Assembly (NCBI GenBank): GCA_016204335.1
Contig: JACQKU010000021.1
Span: 1 to 55,524 of the forward strand
DNA length: 55,524 bases
Direction of reading: 5' to 3'
Source of the DNA: Candidatus Liptonbacteria bacterium
Lineage (GTDB): Bacteria > Patescibacteriota > Minisyncoccia > UBA6257 > 2-01-FULL-56-20
In this document: one piece after another, positions 44,068 through 53,095 of the stretch
Position numbering within the stretch: the first letter of the stretch is position 1
How the letters are laid out: each line of letters begins with the position of its first letter
Program-made: the position numbers and the translations under genes
The notes under the pieces: model-generated
The model's input: the letters and a program-made list of their open reading frames with translations, nothing else
What the model was told of the DNA's origin: nothing
The model's database searches: none

Positions 44068-45267
44068 ATGGCAGAAAAAGAAAAGTTTTCGCGGGAGAAA
44101 CCGCACGTAAACGTCGGAACCATCGGACACGTTGACCACGGCAAGACAACTTTGACCGCGGCCATCACGCACGTCCTGTTTCTTAAGGGCTTGATAAAAA
44201 AAGAGGAAAGCGTTTCGCAGATTGACAACGCGCCCGAAGAAAAAGCGCGCGGGATTACCATCGCGCTCCATCATTCCGAATACGAGTCGGACAAACGGCA
44301 CTATGCCCACATTGACGCTCCGGGCCACGCCGACTACATAAAAAATATGATTACCGGCGCCGCCCAGATGGATGGAGCGGTTCTCGTTGTCGCCGCCACC
44401 GACGGTCCGATGCCTCAGACGCGGGAGCACATTCTTCTCGCGCGCCAGGTTGGCGTGCCGGCCGTCATCGTTTTTTTGAATAAAGTCGATATGGTGGATG
44501 ACCCCGAGCTTGTCGATTTGGTTGAATCGGAAGTCCGCGAGCTTCTCAAAAAATACGAATTCCCCGGCGACGAAGTCCCGATAATCCGGGGTTCCGCGCT
44601 CAAGGCGTTGAACGCGAAATCAGCCGACGACCCGGACGCTAAACCGATTCTCGATTTGGTGAAAGCGCTCGACGAATATATTCCCCAGCCGGTGCGCGAA
44701 CTCGACAAACCGTTCCTGATGCCCGTTGAAGACATTTTTTCGATTGAAGGGCGCGGCACCGTGGTGACGGGCAGAGTGGAGCGCGGCAAGGTGAAAGTGA
44801 ACGAGGAAATCGAAATTATCGGATTGCGCCCCACGCAGAAAACCGTGGTGACAGGAATCGAAATGTTCAACAAACTTTTGGACGAAGGCCTTGCTGGAGA
44901 CAACGTCGGCATTCTCCTTCGCGGTTCCAAGAAAGAGGATGTGGAGCGCGGCCAGGTTATCGCGAAACCCGGAAGCGTGACGCCCCACACCGAATTTGAA
45001 GCCGAAGTGTACGTGCTTTCAAAAGAAGAGGGCGGACGGCATACGCCGTTTTTCACCGGCTACAAACCCCAGTTTTACATCCGGACGACCGATGTGACCG
45101 GAGAAGCGACTCTACCCGCGGGCACGGAAATGGTTATGCCTGGAGACACGGTTAAAGTCAGCGTGAAACTCATTTCGCCGGTCGCGCTCGAGGAAAAACA
45201 AAGATTCGCTATTCGCGAGGGAGGGAAGACGGTTGGAGCGGGAGTGGTGACGAAAATACTGAAGTAA
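44068..45267 (+). CDS. tuf: Translation elongation factor Tu
   Basis: [32 protein letters not shown] and NKVDMV motifs. 399 aa. Confidence 0.98.
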   Translation: MAEKEKFSREKPHVNVGTIGHVDHGKTTLTAAITHVLFLKGLIKKEESVSQIDNAPEEKARGITIALHHSEYESDKRHYAHIDAPGHADYIKNMITGAAQMDGAVLVVAATDGPMPQTREHILLARQVGVPAVIVFLNKVDMVDDPELVDLVESEVRELLKKYEFPGDEVPIIRGSALKALNAKSADDPDAKPILDLVKALDEYIPQPVRELDKPFLMPVEDIFSIEGRGTVVTGRVERGKVKVNEEIEIIGLRPTQKTVVTGIEMFNKLLDEGLAGDNVGILLRGSKKEDVERGQVIAKPGSVTPHTEFEAEVYVLSKEEGGRHTPFFTGYKPQFYIRTTDVTGEATLPAGTEMVMPGDTVKVSVKLISPVALEEKQRFAIREGGKTVGAGVVTKILK

Positions 45268-45360
45268 ATCTCCAATCGACCGCGAATATAATCTCTAACA
45301 TTCTAGAATATCCCGGTTTAGAGATTATTCGAGATAAAATTGGAGATTGATTAGAGATAT
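45268..45360. repeat. Intergenic hairpin built from tctc(c/t)aat words
   Basis: atctccaatcgaccgcgaatataatctctaac pairs with gtttagagattattcgagataaaattggagat. Confidence 0.55.
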
Positions 45361-45696
45361 ATGGCTTCAAAGAAAAAAGAACAGTCGGCTTCGCAGAAAC
45401 TCCGTCTTCGGTTGAAGGGATACGACCACAAATTGATTGACAATTCGGCGCGCCAGATAATCGAGACCGCGGAGCGGAACGACGCCAAAATTATCGGTCC
45501 CATTCCTTTGCCCACGGAAATCAAGCGTTATACGGTCAACCGTTCGACATTCGTCCACAAGGACTCGCGCGAGCAGTTCGAGTTGCGGATTCACAAACGA
45601 CTGGTTGATATTATGAATCCGAACCAGAAAATCGTTGAATCGTTGAGAAATCTCAATCTGCCGGCTGGTGTCGATATAGAGATCAAAATGGTTTAA
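45361..45696 (+). CDS. rpsJ: 30S ribosomal protein S10
   Basis: [24 protein letters not shown]...GPIPLPT...[12 protein letters not shown]. Confidence 0.97.
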   Translation: MASKKKEQSASQKLRLRLKGYDHKLIDNSARQIIETAERNDAKIIGPIPLPTEIKRYTVNRSTFVHKDSREQFELRIHKRLVDIMNPNQKIVESLRNLNLPAGVDIEIKMV

Positions 45697-45719
45697 GCTA
45701 CCAGTGTATTCAAAACATT

Positions 45720-45980
45720 ATGGCAAAGAAAACCGTTACAAACGAAGAGCTTGCGGCAATGGTCCAGCGCGGTTTTGCCGAGACAGCAACAAAGAAAGAT
45801 GTCCAAGAGGTTGAAAAGCGGGTTAGTGAAACCGAAAAACGCCTCGTACGACATATTCAGGGGCTCGAGTTGAATATCTCGGCATATGCGTCGCGATGGA
45901 GCCAGGATTTCGAGCGCTTGCAGGACTGGATGAAAGAGCTTGATGCGCGGGTGAGTGTGATTGAGGGCAAAAAGAGATAA
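45720..45980 (+). CDS. Hypothetical coiled-coil protein (86 aa) between rpsJ and rplC
   Basis: Heptad-like charged sequence (KKDVQEVEKRVSETEKRLVRHIQ...LQDWMKELDARVSVIEGKK). No family recognised. Confidence 0.5.
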   Translation: MAKKTVTNEELAAMVQRGFAETATKKDVQEVEKRVSETEKRLVRHIQGLELNISAYASRWSQDFERLQDWMKELDARVSVIEGKKR

Positions 45981-45999
45981 CAACTTCGTAATTAATATC

Positions 46000-46782
46000 A
46001 TGAAAGAAAGTTATTTCAACCCTGGTCAGCCCGAGTACAAAGAGCTTGCCGATCTTCCAGAAGATCAGAGGGCAAATTACGTTGAAGTGGAAGGAGGGGG
46101 ACTTATAAAGAAAGGATTTGTAGAGAAATCAGCTGCAGATAACGATAAAAAGACGGCAATCGCGGCTCGTTTCGCGAAGAACTCTGAAGAATATATTCTC
46201 CGTGGAGAAGCCGATAAATTCGATAAAGTTCGCGACAGAGCTTTAAAAGAATTAGATTATGCCCTGACATCGGAAAAAATTAAAAGCCCTTTCACACAAG
46301 TTCGCAATGATGTAGCGTTGCCTGCACGGAATGCAGTTGAGTTCTCTCCATATCGCAAAGAACTTTTTGATAGCGAGGAAGTAGTACGTAAGTATGCGGG
46401 CGTAATAGGAGCACATTTAGTTTTTGGTGAAATGTCCGAACGGCTTAAAAATAACAAACAATTCGTTTTAGAGCTTCTAAATACGACTGGGGAAGGATTC
46501 AAATATGTTGGAGGAGGAATTTCTGAGTTGCCGGGAAATATGTCTTCAGATAAAGATATTATCATGGCCGCTATGAGGACAGATCCTATTGCCGCCTTTA
46601 GTCATGCTTCAGAAACAGAGCGTAATGATCTTGATTTCATCGCGACCACGCTTGATGTTATTGACGAACAAAAATATTCACCACATACGGGTTTTAATGC
46701 ATTGAATGAGATATTACGGATGGCAGATCCAGCACTCGCGAAAGATATATTGGAAAAGCGGGAGTTGGGAAACCAAAAGTGA
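46000..46782 (+). CDS. Hypothetical protein (260 aa), possibly with DUF4116-like repeats
   Basis: NKQFVLELLNTTGEGFKYV and DKDIIMAAMRTDPIAAFSHAS resemble the DUF4116 repeat pattern. This assignment is tentative. Confidence 0.5.
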   Translation: MKESYFNPGQPEYKELADLPEDQRANYVEVEGGGLIKKGFVEKSAADNDKKTAIAARFAKNSEEYILRGEADKFDKVRDRALKELDYALTSEKIKSPFTQVRNDVALPARNAVEFSPYRKELFDSEEVVRKYAGVIGAHLVFGEMSERLKNNKQFVLELLNTTGEGFKYVGGGISELPGNMSSDKDIIMAAMRTDPIAAFSHASETERNDLDFIATTLDVIDEQKYSPHTGFNALNEILRMADPALAKDILEKRELGNQK

Positions 46783-47029
46783 AAGTTGACATTTCTCGTG
46801 TCTTGCTCTACCATACCTCTATCTCTTTAATGGACGCCCGAAACATCATTAGTTGAGAGCGTTTCACAAGGATAGCCGATCGCCATGGCTGTGCCTTGGC
46901 GGTTTTTTTAGCGCCTGCGGCAATATGATGCCAATTATGCGAATTCAATGCCAATCTACCAATCGCAAATAAGATTTATTCGCAATTCGAAATATTGGCA
47001 TAAGATTCGTAGATTTGCATCGCAATAAA

Positions 47030-47638
47030 ATGAGTTTCATTTTAGGCAAAAAACTGAATATGACCCAGATTTGGAAAGGCGATGCCGTTGTTCCGGTTAC
47101 GCTTATTCAGGCGTTGCCGAATAAGGTCTCGCTCATCAAGAACAAAGAGAGAGACGGCTACGAAGCCGTGCAAGTAGCGCTTGGGAAAAAGAAGCGAGAA
47201 TTTCGCGACAAGCAACCCTCCTTCGCTAAAGCTATGGAGGGCGAGCAAGCGACAAACGACAAGGTTCAATACAAAGCAGGAGACATGATTGACGTTTCGG
47301 TTTTCAGCGAAGGGGATTTGGTGAAAATAAGCGGTTTATCCAAAGGCAGAGGATTTCAGGGAGTGGTAAAGCGGCACGGGTTCGCGGGAGGGCCTAAAAC
47401 ACACGGACAGAAAAACCGGTTGCGCGCGCCCGGCTCCATCGGTTCCACTGCGCCTCAAAGGGTGTATCCCGGACGGCGGATGGCTGGCAGAATGGGCAAC
47501 GAGCGCGTAAGTATAAAAAATCTCCTGATCGCGGGCGTCGATAAAGAAAAAAATATGCTGATGGTAAGAGGCGCGGTTCCCGGGGCGAGGGGAGGACTGT
47601 TGGAAATATCAAAAATCAAATCTCAAAATGCAAAATGA
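47030..47638 (+). CDS. rplC: 50S ribosomal protein L3
   Basis: [10 protein letters not shown]...VTLIQ...[22 protein letters not shown]...[10 protein letters not shown]. Contains the insert [17 protein letters not shown]. Confidence 0.95.
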   Translation: [202 protein letters not shown]

Positions 47639-47733
47639 AAAAGAAAACAGGTCAAAAGAATCTAGATTGTAGCTTTTTGCATTTGAATCTTTCATTTTGA
47701 TTTTTGCACTTTGAATTTTGAATTAACTTCACC
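47605..47733. repeat. Hairpin of the aaaatcaaa/aaaatgcaaaatg family whose left arm overlaps the rplC 3' end
   Basis: aaaaatcaaatctcaaaatgcaaaatgaaaaag pairs with ctttcattttgatttttgcactttgaattttgaatt. The left arm encodes the L3 C-terminus, KIKSQNAK. Confidence 0.6.
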
Positions 47734-48378
47734 ATGAAAACAGATCTCTACAACTTAAAAAACGAAAAAGTTGACACGATTGAAGTGCCCGATTCCGTGT
47801 TCGGCGTCGCATGGAAGCCGGCTTTGGTTCAGCAGGTGGTTAATGCCCAGCTCGCGAATCTTCGGCGTCCATGGGCTCACGCCAAGGGCAGGAGCGAAGT
47901 GCGTGGCGGAGGCCGCAAGCCCTGGCGCCAGAAGGGCACCGGCCGGTCCCGGCAGGGTTCGATTCGTTCTCCGTTGTGGAGGAGCGGCGGCAAGGCGCAC
48001 GGACCGAGCAAAGAACGCGATTATTCCCAGAAAGTAAACAAGAAAATGAAGCGGGTCGCTCTTTTCAGCGTTCTTTCAAAAAAATTGAAAGACAACGAGG
48101 TTAAATTTTTTAATAATCTTGAAATTGAATCGCCAAAGACAAATATTCTTTCCCGGATATTGAGAGGACTTCTTGCGCTCAAGAAAAATTCAAAAAAATA
48201 CGACGTTCTTTTGATACCGGCTCTCGAAAGCAAAAACGTGTTCCGCGCGGCCGCCAATCTCGGGAAAACCGCGGCTCTGCGTCCCGAATCGCTGAACGTC
48301 TACGATATTCTCCGCCACAAAAATATTTTCATCGCTCAAGAAGCGGCTGAGGCAATCAGCAAACACTTTAAAGTATAG
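47734..48378 (+). CDS. rplD: 50S ribosomal protein L4
   Basis: GGGRKPWRQKGTGRSRQGSIRSPLWRSGGKAHGP. Confidence 0.95.
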   Translation: MKTDLYNLKNEKVDTIEVPDSVFGVAWKPALVQQVVNAQLANLRRPWAHAKGRSEVRGGGRKPWRQKGTGRSRQGSIRSPLWRSGGKAHGPSKERDYSQKVNKKMKRVALFSVLSKKLKDNEVKFFNNLEIESPKTNILSRILRGLLALKKNSKKYDVLLIPALESKNVFRAAANLGKTAALRPESLNVYDILRHKNIFIAQEAAEAISKHFKV

Positions 48379-48390
48379 TAAAGTATAATC

Positions 48391-48663
48391 ATGACTGAAT
48401 TTATAATAAAAAAACCGCATATCACGGAAAAGGCGACTGAGTTGAATAAAATCGGCAAGTATGTTTTCATTGTGGAGTCCTCGGCGACCAAAAATGAAAT
48501 CAAAAAAACGCTTAAAAAAATATACGGCGTTGAGGCGGTGAAAATCCGGACGGTGAGCGGGCATCCGAAACAAAAGCGTTTCAAGAATGCGCGGAGCGTC
48601 CAGACGGGTTATAAAAAAGCCATCGTGACGCTGAAAAAGGGACAGAAAATAGACATCGAGTAA
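48391..48663 (+). CDS. rplW: 50S ribosomal protein L23
   Basis: IIKKPHITEKAT...YVFIVESSATKNEIKKTLKKIYGVEAVKIRT. Confidence 0.95.
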   Translation: MTEFIIKKPHITEKATELNKIGKYVFIVESSATKNEIKKTLKKIYGVEAVKIRTVSGHPKQKRFKNARSVQTGYKKAIVTLKKGQKIDIE

Positions 48664-48786
48664 ATAGCTACGAAATACGAATCAGTACGAATATACGAAA
48701 TTAGTACACACGATGACAATGACGATAACAACAAAAAACTATTTTTCGTATATTCGTAAAACATTCGTACTTTCGTAGAGAACACC
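48664..48786. repeat. Intergenic tacgaa-word hairpin
   Basis: ctacgaaatacgaatcagtacgaatatacgaa pairs with ttcgtatattcgtaaaacattcgtactttcgtag. Confidence 0.7.
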
Positions 48787-49608
48787 ATGAAGACCTATTT
48801 ACCTACAACACCGTCGCGCCGCGCTTTGACCGGCGCGGATTATTCCGGGCTTACAGGCGTAAAACCGTATAAACCGCTTCTCAAGCGGTTGAAAACCCAC
48901 GCCGGCAGAAACGCGGACGGGAGAATTACGGTTCGGCATCAATCTGGAGGAAATAAAAAATTGTATCGGCTCGTTGACTTCAGGCAGGATAAACTGAATC
49001 AGCCGGCGAGGGTTGAGGCATTGGAGTATGACCCGTATAGGACCGCGTTTATTGCCCGACTCTCGTACGCCGACGGTGAACACCGCTATATTTTAGCGCC
49101 CCATAATCTTGAAGTCGGCGCGGAAGTTATTGTTTCCGAAAGCGCGCCGCTAAAAGTCGGCAACCGAATGAAACTGAAAAATATTCCGGTCGGATACCAG
49201 GTGCATAATATTGAGTTGACCCCCGGGCGCGGAGGACAACTAGCCCGTTCGGCCGGTTCGTACGTGGAAGTGCTTGCGAACGCAATCGGATACACGGACT
49301 TAAAACTTTCATCGGGCGAGGTCCGGCGCGCGCTTTGGGAAGGATATGCTTCCCTTGGCCAGGTTTCCAATCCCGAGCATAACCTTATTACCATCGGAAA
49401 AGCCGGGCGTTCGCGCTGGCTCGGCATCAGGCCGACGGTTCGCGGCACGGCTATGAATCCCGTGGACCATCCGTACGGCGGCGGCGAGGGCAGAACCCAG
49501 CGGGGAACCCGGAGGCCTAAAACCGCATGGGGTAAAATCACCGGCGGCAGAAAAACAAGAAACAGAAAGAAGTGGTCGAATAAGATGATTTTGAAAAGAA
49601 GAAAATAA
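48787..49608 (+). CDS. rplB: 50S ribosomal protein L2
   Basis: GRNADGRITVRHQSGGNKK...IRPTVRGTAMNPVDHPYGGGEG. Confidence 0.97.
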   Translation: MKTYLPTTPSRRALTGADYSGLTGVKPYKPLLKRLKTHAGRNADGRITVRHQSGGNKKLYRLVDFRQDKLNQPARVEALEYDPYRTAFIARLSYADGEHRYILAPHNLEVGAEVIVSESAPLKVGNRMKLKNIPVGYQVHNIELTPGRGGQLARSAGSYVEVLANAIGYTDLKLSSGEVRRALWEGYASLGQVSNPEHNLITIGKAGRSRWLGIRPTVRGTAMNPVDHPYGGGEGRTQRGTRRPKTAWGKITGGRKTRNRKKWSNKMILKRRK

Positions 49609-49688
49609 CTTAATGGCTACGAAATACGAAAAAGTACGAATATACGAATTCGTATATTCGTAAAAATTCGTAATTCGTAGAGATCACC
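49609..49688. repeat. Intergenic tacgaa-word hairpin (~32-bp arms around gaattc)
   Basis: ctacgaaatacgaaaaagtacgaatatacgaa and ttcgtatattcgtaaaaattcgtaattcgtag. The arms are complementary except for one 4-5-nt internal loop. Confidence 0.75.
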
Positions 49689-50009
49689 ATGTCACGTTCT
49701 TCAAAAAAAGGGCCGTATATCGCCCCGGATATTCTGAAAAAAATTTCCCGCGTGAGAGCCGATGCAAATCAGGTGCTCAAAACCTGGTCGCGGGCATCCG
49801 AGATTTCACCGGAGATGGTCGGCTACATATTCGGAGTGCATAACGGCAAAAGTTTCATTGAAGTAAAAATCGCCGAAGATATGGTCGGACATCGCCTCGG
49901 CGAGTTTTCGCCCACAAGGAAGTTCATCAAGCACGGCGGGAAAATACAGAAAGATATCGAGCAGAAAGAGCAGGTCGCGGCGAAAACCGAACCGGCAGTA
50001 AAGAAGTAA
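49689..50009 (+). CDS. rpsS: 30S ribosomal protein S19
   Basis: SRSSKKGPYIAPDILKKI...VHNGKSFIEVKIAEDMVGHRLGEFSPTRKFIKHGG. Confidence 0.95.
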   Translation: MSRSSKKGPYIAPDILKKISRVRADANQVLKTWSRASEISPEMVGYIFGVHNGKSFIEVKIAEDMVGHRLGEFSPTRKFIKHGGKIQKDIEQKEQVAAKTEPAVKK

Positions 50010-50163
50010 AATCAAAAATCAAACATCAAAATGCAAAATGACAATGTAAAATGTAAAAGGAATTCAAGCACATTCTTTTTTCCGCCCGAGGCGGATCCGC
50101 CTTCGGCGGAGAATTTTGATTTGTCATTTTTATTTTTGATTTTTGCAGTTTGAATTTACTATC
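50008..50163. mobile_element. MITE-like element, near-identical copy A
   Basis: 119 nt (50008-50126) differ at one position from 55406-55524. Inverted copy at ~54266-54380. The GC core is ttccgcccgaggcggatccgccttcggcggagaa. The right arm runs to 50163. Confidence 0.85.
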
Positions 50164-50706
50164 ATGGCAGAACACAATCACAACACAACCAATACGGCGG
50201 CAGTTCCGCGAAGGCAAACGGCGCAACTCAACTATCTCCGGATAGCTCCGAGAAAAGTCCGCATGCTCGCGAATCTTTTGAAGGGTTTGCCGGTCAACGA
50301 AGCCGAAGCGCAGCTTCTTTTGCAGAGACGCAGGCCGGCAAGGCCCCTGCTCAAGCTTCTTCGTTCCGCCGCGGCGAACGCGGCGCATAACAGCCGCCTT
50401 AATTCGGAAAAGCTTTATGTCGAGAGCGTGCTCGTTGACCAGGGGCCGATGCTCAAAAGAGTCCTGCCGAGAGCCCGAGGCATGGCTACGCCGATTCAAA
50501 AGAAGATGAGCCACGTGACGCTGGTTCTTGCCGAAAACCCCAACCTTAAGCCGGTGCGCTTCAAAATCGCGGTTTCCAAAAAGACAAAAAAAGCGGGTCG
50601 AGAAACAAGAAAAGAAAAAAGGGTTCCGGACAAAAAGCAAGCGGAAATGATTCAGCAGAAAAACCCCGGGTTCTTCAAGAAAATATTCAGAAGAAAAAGC
50701 GTATGA
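50164..50706 (+). CDS. rplV: 50S ribosomal protein L22 with a long basic C-terminal extension
   Basis: LRIAPRKVRMLANLLKGLPVNEAEAQL...VDQGPMLKRVLPRARGMATPIQKKMSHVT. Confidence 0.93.
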   Translation: MAEHNHNTTNTAAVPRRQTAQLNYLRIAPRKVRMLANLLKGLPVNEAEAQLLLQRRRPARPLLKLLRSAAANAAHNSRLNSEKLYVESVLVDQGPMLKRVLPRARGMATPIQKKMSHVTLVLAENPNLKPVRFKIAVSKKTKKAGRETRKEKRVPDKKQAEMIQQKNPGFFKKIFRRKSV

Positions 50707-50788
50707 CTATCAACGAATATCGAATCCATTGCGAATTTACGAATTCGTTCATTCGAGAAAAGATTCGTTATTCGCTGATATAACCATC
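50707..50788. repeat. Intergenic cgaat-word hairpin
   Basis: atcaacgaatatcgaatccattgcgaatttacgaa pairs with ttcgttcattcgagaaaagattcgttattcgctgat. Confidence 0.55.
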
Positions 50789-51481
50789 ATGGGACAAAAA
50801 ATCAATCCAAAATCGTTCCGGTTAGGCATCATTAAAAATTGGCCGGTGCGCTGGTTCTTTTCGGCAAAAGGCGGACGGTCATTGTACCCGATGTATCTGG
50901 CCGAAGACGAGGCAATCAGGAAATTGATTGAAGACAAACTGAATCAGGCAGGGATAGCGAGCGTCGAAATCGAGAGGACACTCAACAGTTTGCGGATATT
51001 CATCAAAGCCGCCCGCCCCGGATTTATTATCGGTCGGGGGGGCAAAGGCATCGAGGAGTTTACGAAATCCCTTGAAACCGAGCTTAAAAAAATGAGAGAA
51101 ACAAAAACTCAGGTCAGCATCAGTTTGAACGTGGAAGAATTGAAACGCTCCGAAATCGCGGCTCAATATATCGCCCAGCAGATTGCATGGGATTTGGAGA
51201 AGCGCATGCCGTTCCGCCGGACAATGAAAAAGTACCTCGAACAGATTATGCAGAACAAAGAGGCGCAGGGAGCGAAGATTTTGCTTTCAGGACGGCTTGA
51301 CGGGGGCGAAATCGCAAGAAGCGAGTCCTTAAAAAAAGGCGCGTTGCCGCTTCAAAATCTTCGCGCCGATATCGACTATGGGCAAGCAACCGCGTTCACC
51401 ACTTACGGAACCATCGGGGTAAAAATCTGGATATACAAAGGCGAAGTGTTTCAAAAAGTAATCGCGAATAGCGCGAATTAA
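50789..51481 (+). CDS. rpsC: 30S ribosomal protein S3
   Basis: MGQKINPKSFRLGI...RPGFIIGRGGKGIEE...GRLDGGEIARSE. Confidence 0.96.
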   Translation: MGQKINPKSFRLGIIKNWPVRWFFSAKGGRSLYPMYLAEDEAIRKLIEDKLNQAGIASVEIERTLNSLRIFIKAARPGFIIGRGGKGIEEFTKSLETELKKMRETKTQVSISLNVEELKRSEIAAQYIAQQIAWDLEKRMPFRRTMKKYLEQIMQNKEAQGAKILLSGRLDGGEIARSESLKKGALPLQNLRADIDYGQATAFTTYGTIGVKIWIYKGEVFQKVIANSAN

Positions 51482-51502
51482 AGAGGTAATAACGCGAATA
51501 TA

Positions 51503-51922
51503 ATGTTAATCCCCAAAAAAGTAAAACACCGCAAGTGGCATAAGGGCCGTTCACGGAGGCGTTTAGTCGAAACCAGGGGTCTTCTCCTGAGTTATGGCCA
51601 GCATGGTTTGAAAGCGACAGAGGCGGCTTGGCTGACTTCCAAACAGATTGAGGCGGCGCGCCGGGCTGTCACGAATTTTTTGAAACGCGAGGGAAGGTTG
51701 TGGATAAGAGTGTTTCCCGACAAGCCGGTTACAATGCGTCCTCCGGAAACGACTATGGGAGGAGGCAAGGGCGCCGTCGACCATTATGTGTTTCCGGTTA
51801 GGCCCGGCCGGATAATTCTCGAGGTGGACGGCGTGGATAAAAAAACCGCGACCGAGGCGTTGCGCCGGGCGGGCCATAAACTGCCGTTTAAGAGCCGGGT
51901 TGTAAGCAAAGATGAAAAGTAA
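51503..51922 (+). CDS. rplP: 50S ribosomal protein L16
   Basis: MLIPKKVKHRKWHKGR...IRVFPDKPVTMRPPETTMGGGKGAVDHYV. Confidence 0.97.
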   Translation: MLIPKKVKHRKWHKGRSRRRLVETRGLLLSYGQHGLKATEAAWLTSKQIEAARRAVTNFLKREGRLWIRVFPDKPVTMRPPETTMGGGKGAVDHYVFPVRPGRIILEVDGVDKKTATEALRRAGHKLPFKSRVVSKDEK

Positions 51923-52027
51923 AGTATCGATGCGAATATACTAATTTACTAATGATACGAATCAAAAACTATCTTCATTAGTATAATTAGTACCATTCGT
52001 ATATTGGCATCGATACACGCTAAAAAT
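51923..52027. repeat. Intergenic hairpin (atacgaat/actaat words)
   Basis: gtatcgatgcgaatatactaatttactaatgatacgaa pairs with tcattagtataattagtaccattcgtatattggcatcgatac. Confidence 0.6.
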
Positions 52028-52240
52028 ATGAAGAAAAGAGAAATCCAGGAATTAAAAAATAAACCCGTCGCAGAACTTCAAAAGCTTGCCACGGAAGCGA
52101 GAGAACGACTCCGCGTTTTGAAATTCGACCTTGCGGCCGGCAAAGTTAAAAACGTCAAAGATTTGCGGATAGTCCGAAAAAACATCGCCCGTTTTTTGAC
52201 TCTTCAAAATCAAAAAAATATTTCTCAGAGTCAATCCTGA
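52028..52240 (+). CDS. rpmC: 50S ribosomal protein L29
   Basis: MKKREIQELKNKPVAELQKLATEARERLRVLKFDLAAGKVKN. Confidence 0.9.
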   Translation: MKKREIQELKNKPVAELQKLATEARERLRVLKFDLAAGKVKNVKDLRIVRKNIARFLTLQNQKNISQSQS

Positions 52241-52344
52241 GCGAGTCGCCCTTCGAATTCCTCAGGGCGACCCTGAGCCTGTCGAATGGGTCGAATGGAT
52301 TGACTTTTATGGCTCAAAAAGGCGATAATGCATAACCCACGACA
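52241..52344. repeat. GC hairpin element of the ctgagc...gtcgaa type
   Basis: gagtcgccc-ttcgaattcctca-gggcgac followed by cctgagcctgtcgaatgggtcgaatgg. Related words occur at 40-70 and inside tsaD (12200-12260). Confidence 0.5.
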
Positions 52345-52626
52345 ATGACCGAAGAAAAGAAACAATCAAAAAATAGGAAACTGACCGGCGTAGTTGTATC
52401 GGACCGGATGCAGAAAACCAGGGTCATAGCGGTGACCCGTCTGAAAAAGCATCCGAAATACCTGAAGTACTACAAGGAAACCGGCAAGTTCAAAGCCCAC
52501 GATGAAAAGAACGAGTACAAAACCGGCGATAACGTAATCATCGAAGAAACCAGGCCGCTTTCAAAAGAAAAAAGATGGCGAATCGTCGAGAGAGTAATCG
52601 CTAATAACGCGAATGAAAGCAAATAA
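52345..52626 (+). CDS. rpsQ: 30S ribosomal protein S17
   Basis: [31 protein letters not shown]...[29 protein letters not shown]. Confidence 0.95.
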   Translation: MTEEKKQSKNRKLTGVVVSDRMQKTRVIAVTRLKKHPKYLKYYKETGKFKAHDEKNEYKTGDNVIIEETRPLSKEKRWRIVERVIANNANESK

Positions 52627-52680
52627 TGCGAATGTGATTCGCGATATTAATCGAAATTCGCATTATTCGCGAATACTATC
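52627..52680. repeat. Intergenic gcgaat-word hairpin
   Basis: aatgcgaatgtgattcgcgatattaatcgaaattcgcattattcgcgaata contains inverted gcgaat/attcgc words. Confidence 0.5.
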
Positions 52681-53049
52681 ATGATACAGGAACGTTCAAT
52701 ATTAAAAGTCGCCGACAATTCAGGCGCGAAAATCATCCGTTGTTTCCGCATTCTGGGCGGTACGGGCCGGCGCTACGCGCGAATCGGAGACATTTTTGTC
52801 GCTTCCGTTCAGACGGCGGAGCCGAGAAAAAATATCAAAAAGAAAGACATTGTAAGAGCTGTGTTGGTGCGGAGCCGCCAGCCGTTTCGGCGCGCCGACG
52901 GTTCGTATGTCCGTTTCGATGAAAATGCCGCGGTTATAACGGATGCCAAAAAAGAACCGGTCGGTACAAGAATTTTCGGGCCGTTGCCGCGCGAATTGAA
53001 ATCAAGGGGTTTTGAAAAACTGATGACGATGGCGGAAGAGATTGTTTAG
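52681..53049 (+). CDS. rplN: 50S ribosomal protein L14
   Basis: MIQERSILKVADNSGAKIIRCFRILGG...VRFDENAAVI. Confidence 0.97.
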   Translation: MIQERSILKVADNSGAKIIRCFRILGGTGRRYARIGDIFVASVQTAEPRKNIKKKDIVRAVLVRSRQPFRRADGSYVRFDENAAVITDAKKEPVGTRIFGPLPRELKSRGFEKLMTMAEEIV

Positions 53050-53095
53050 CGACAAGCAAAATGATACAGGCGACATGGCGCATTAAACATTTAAC

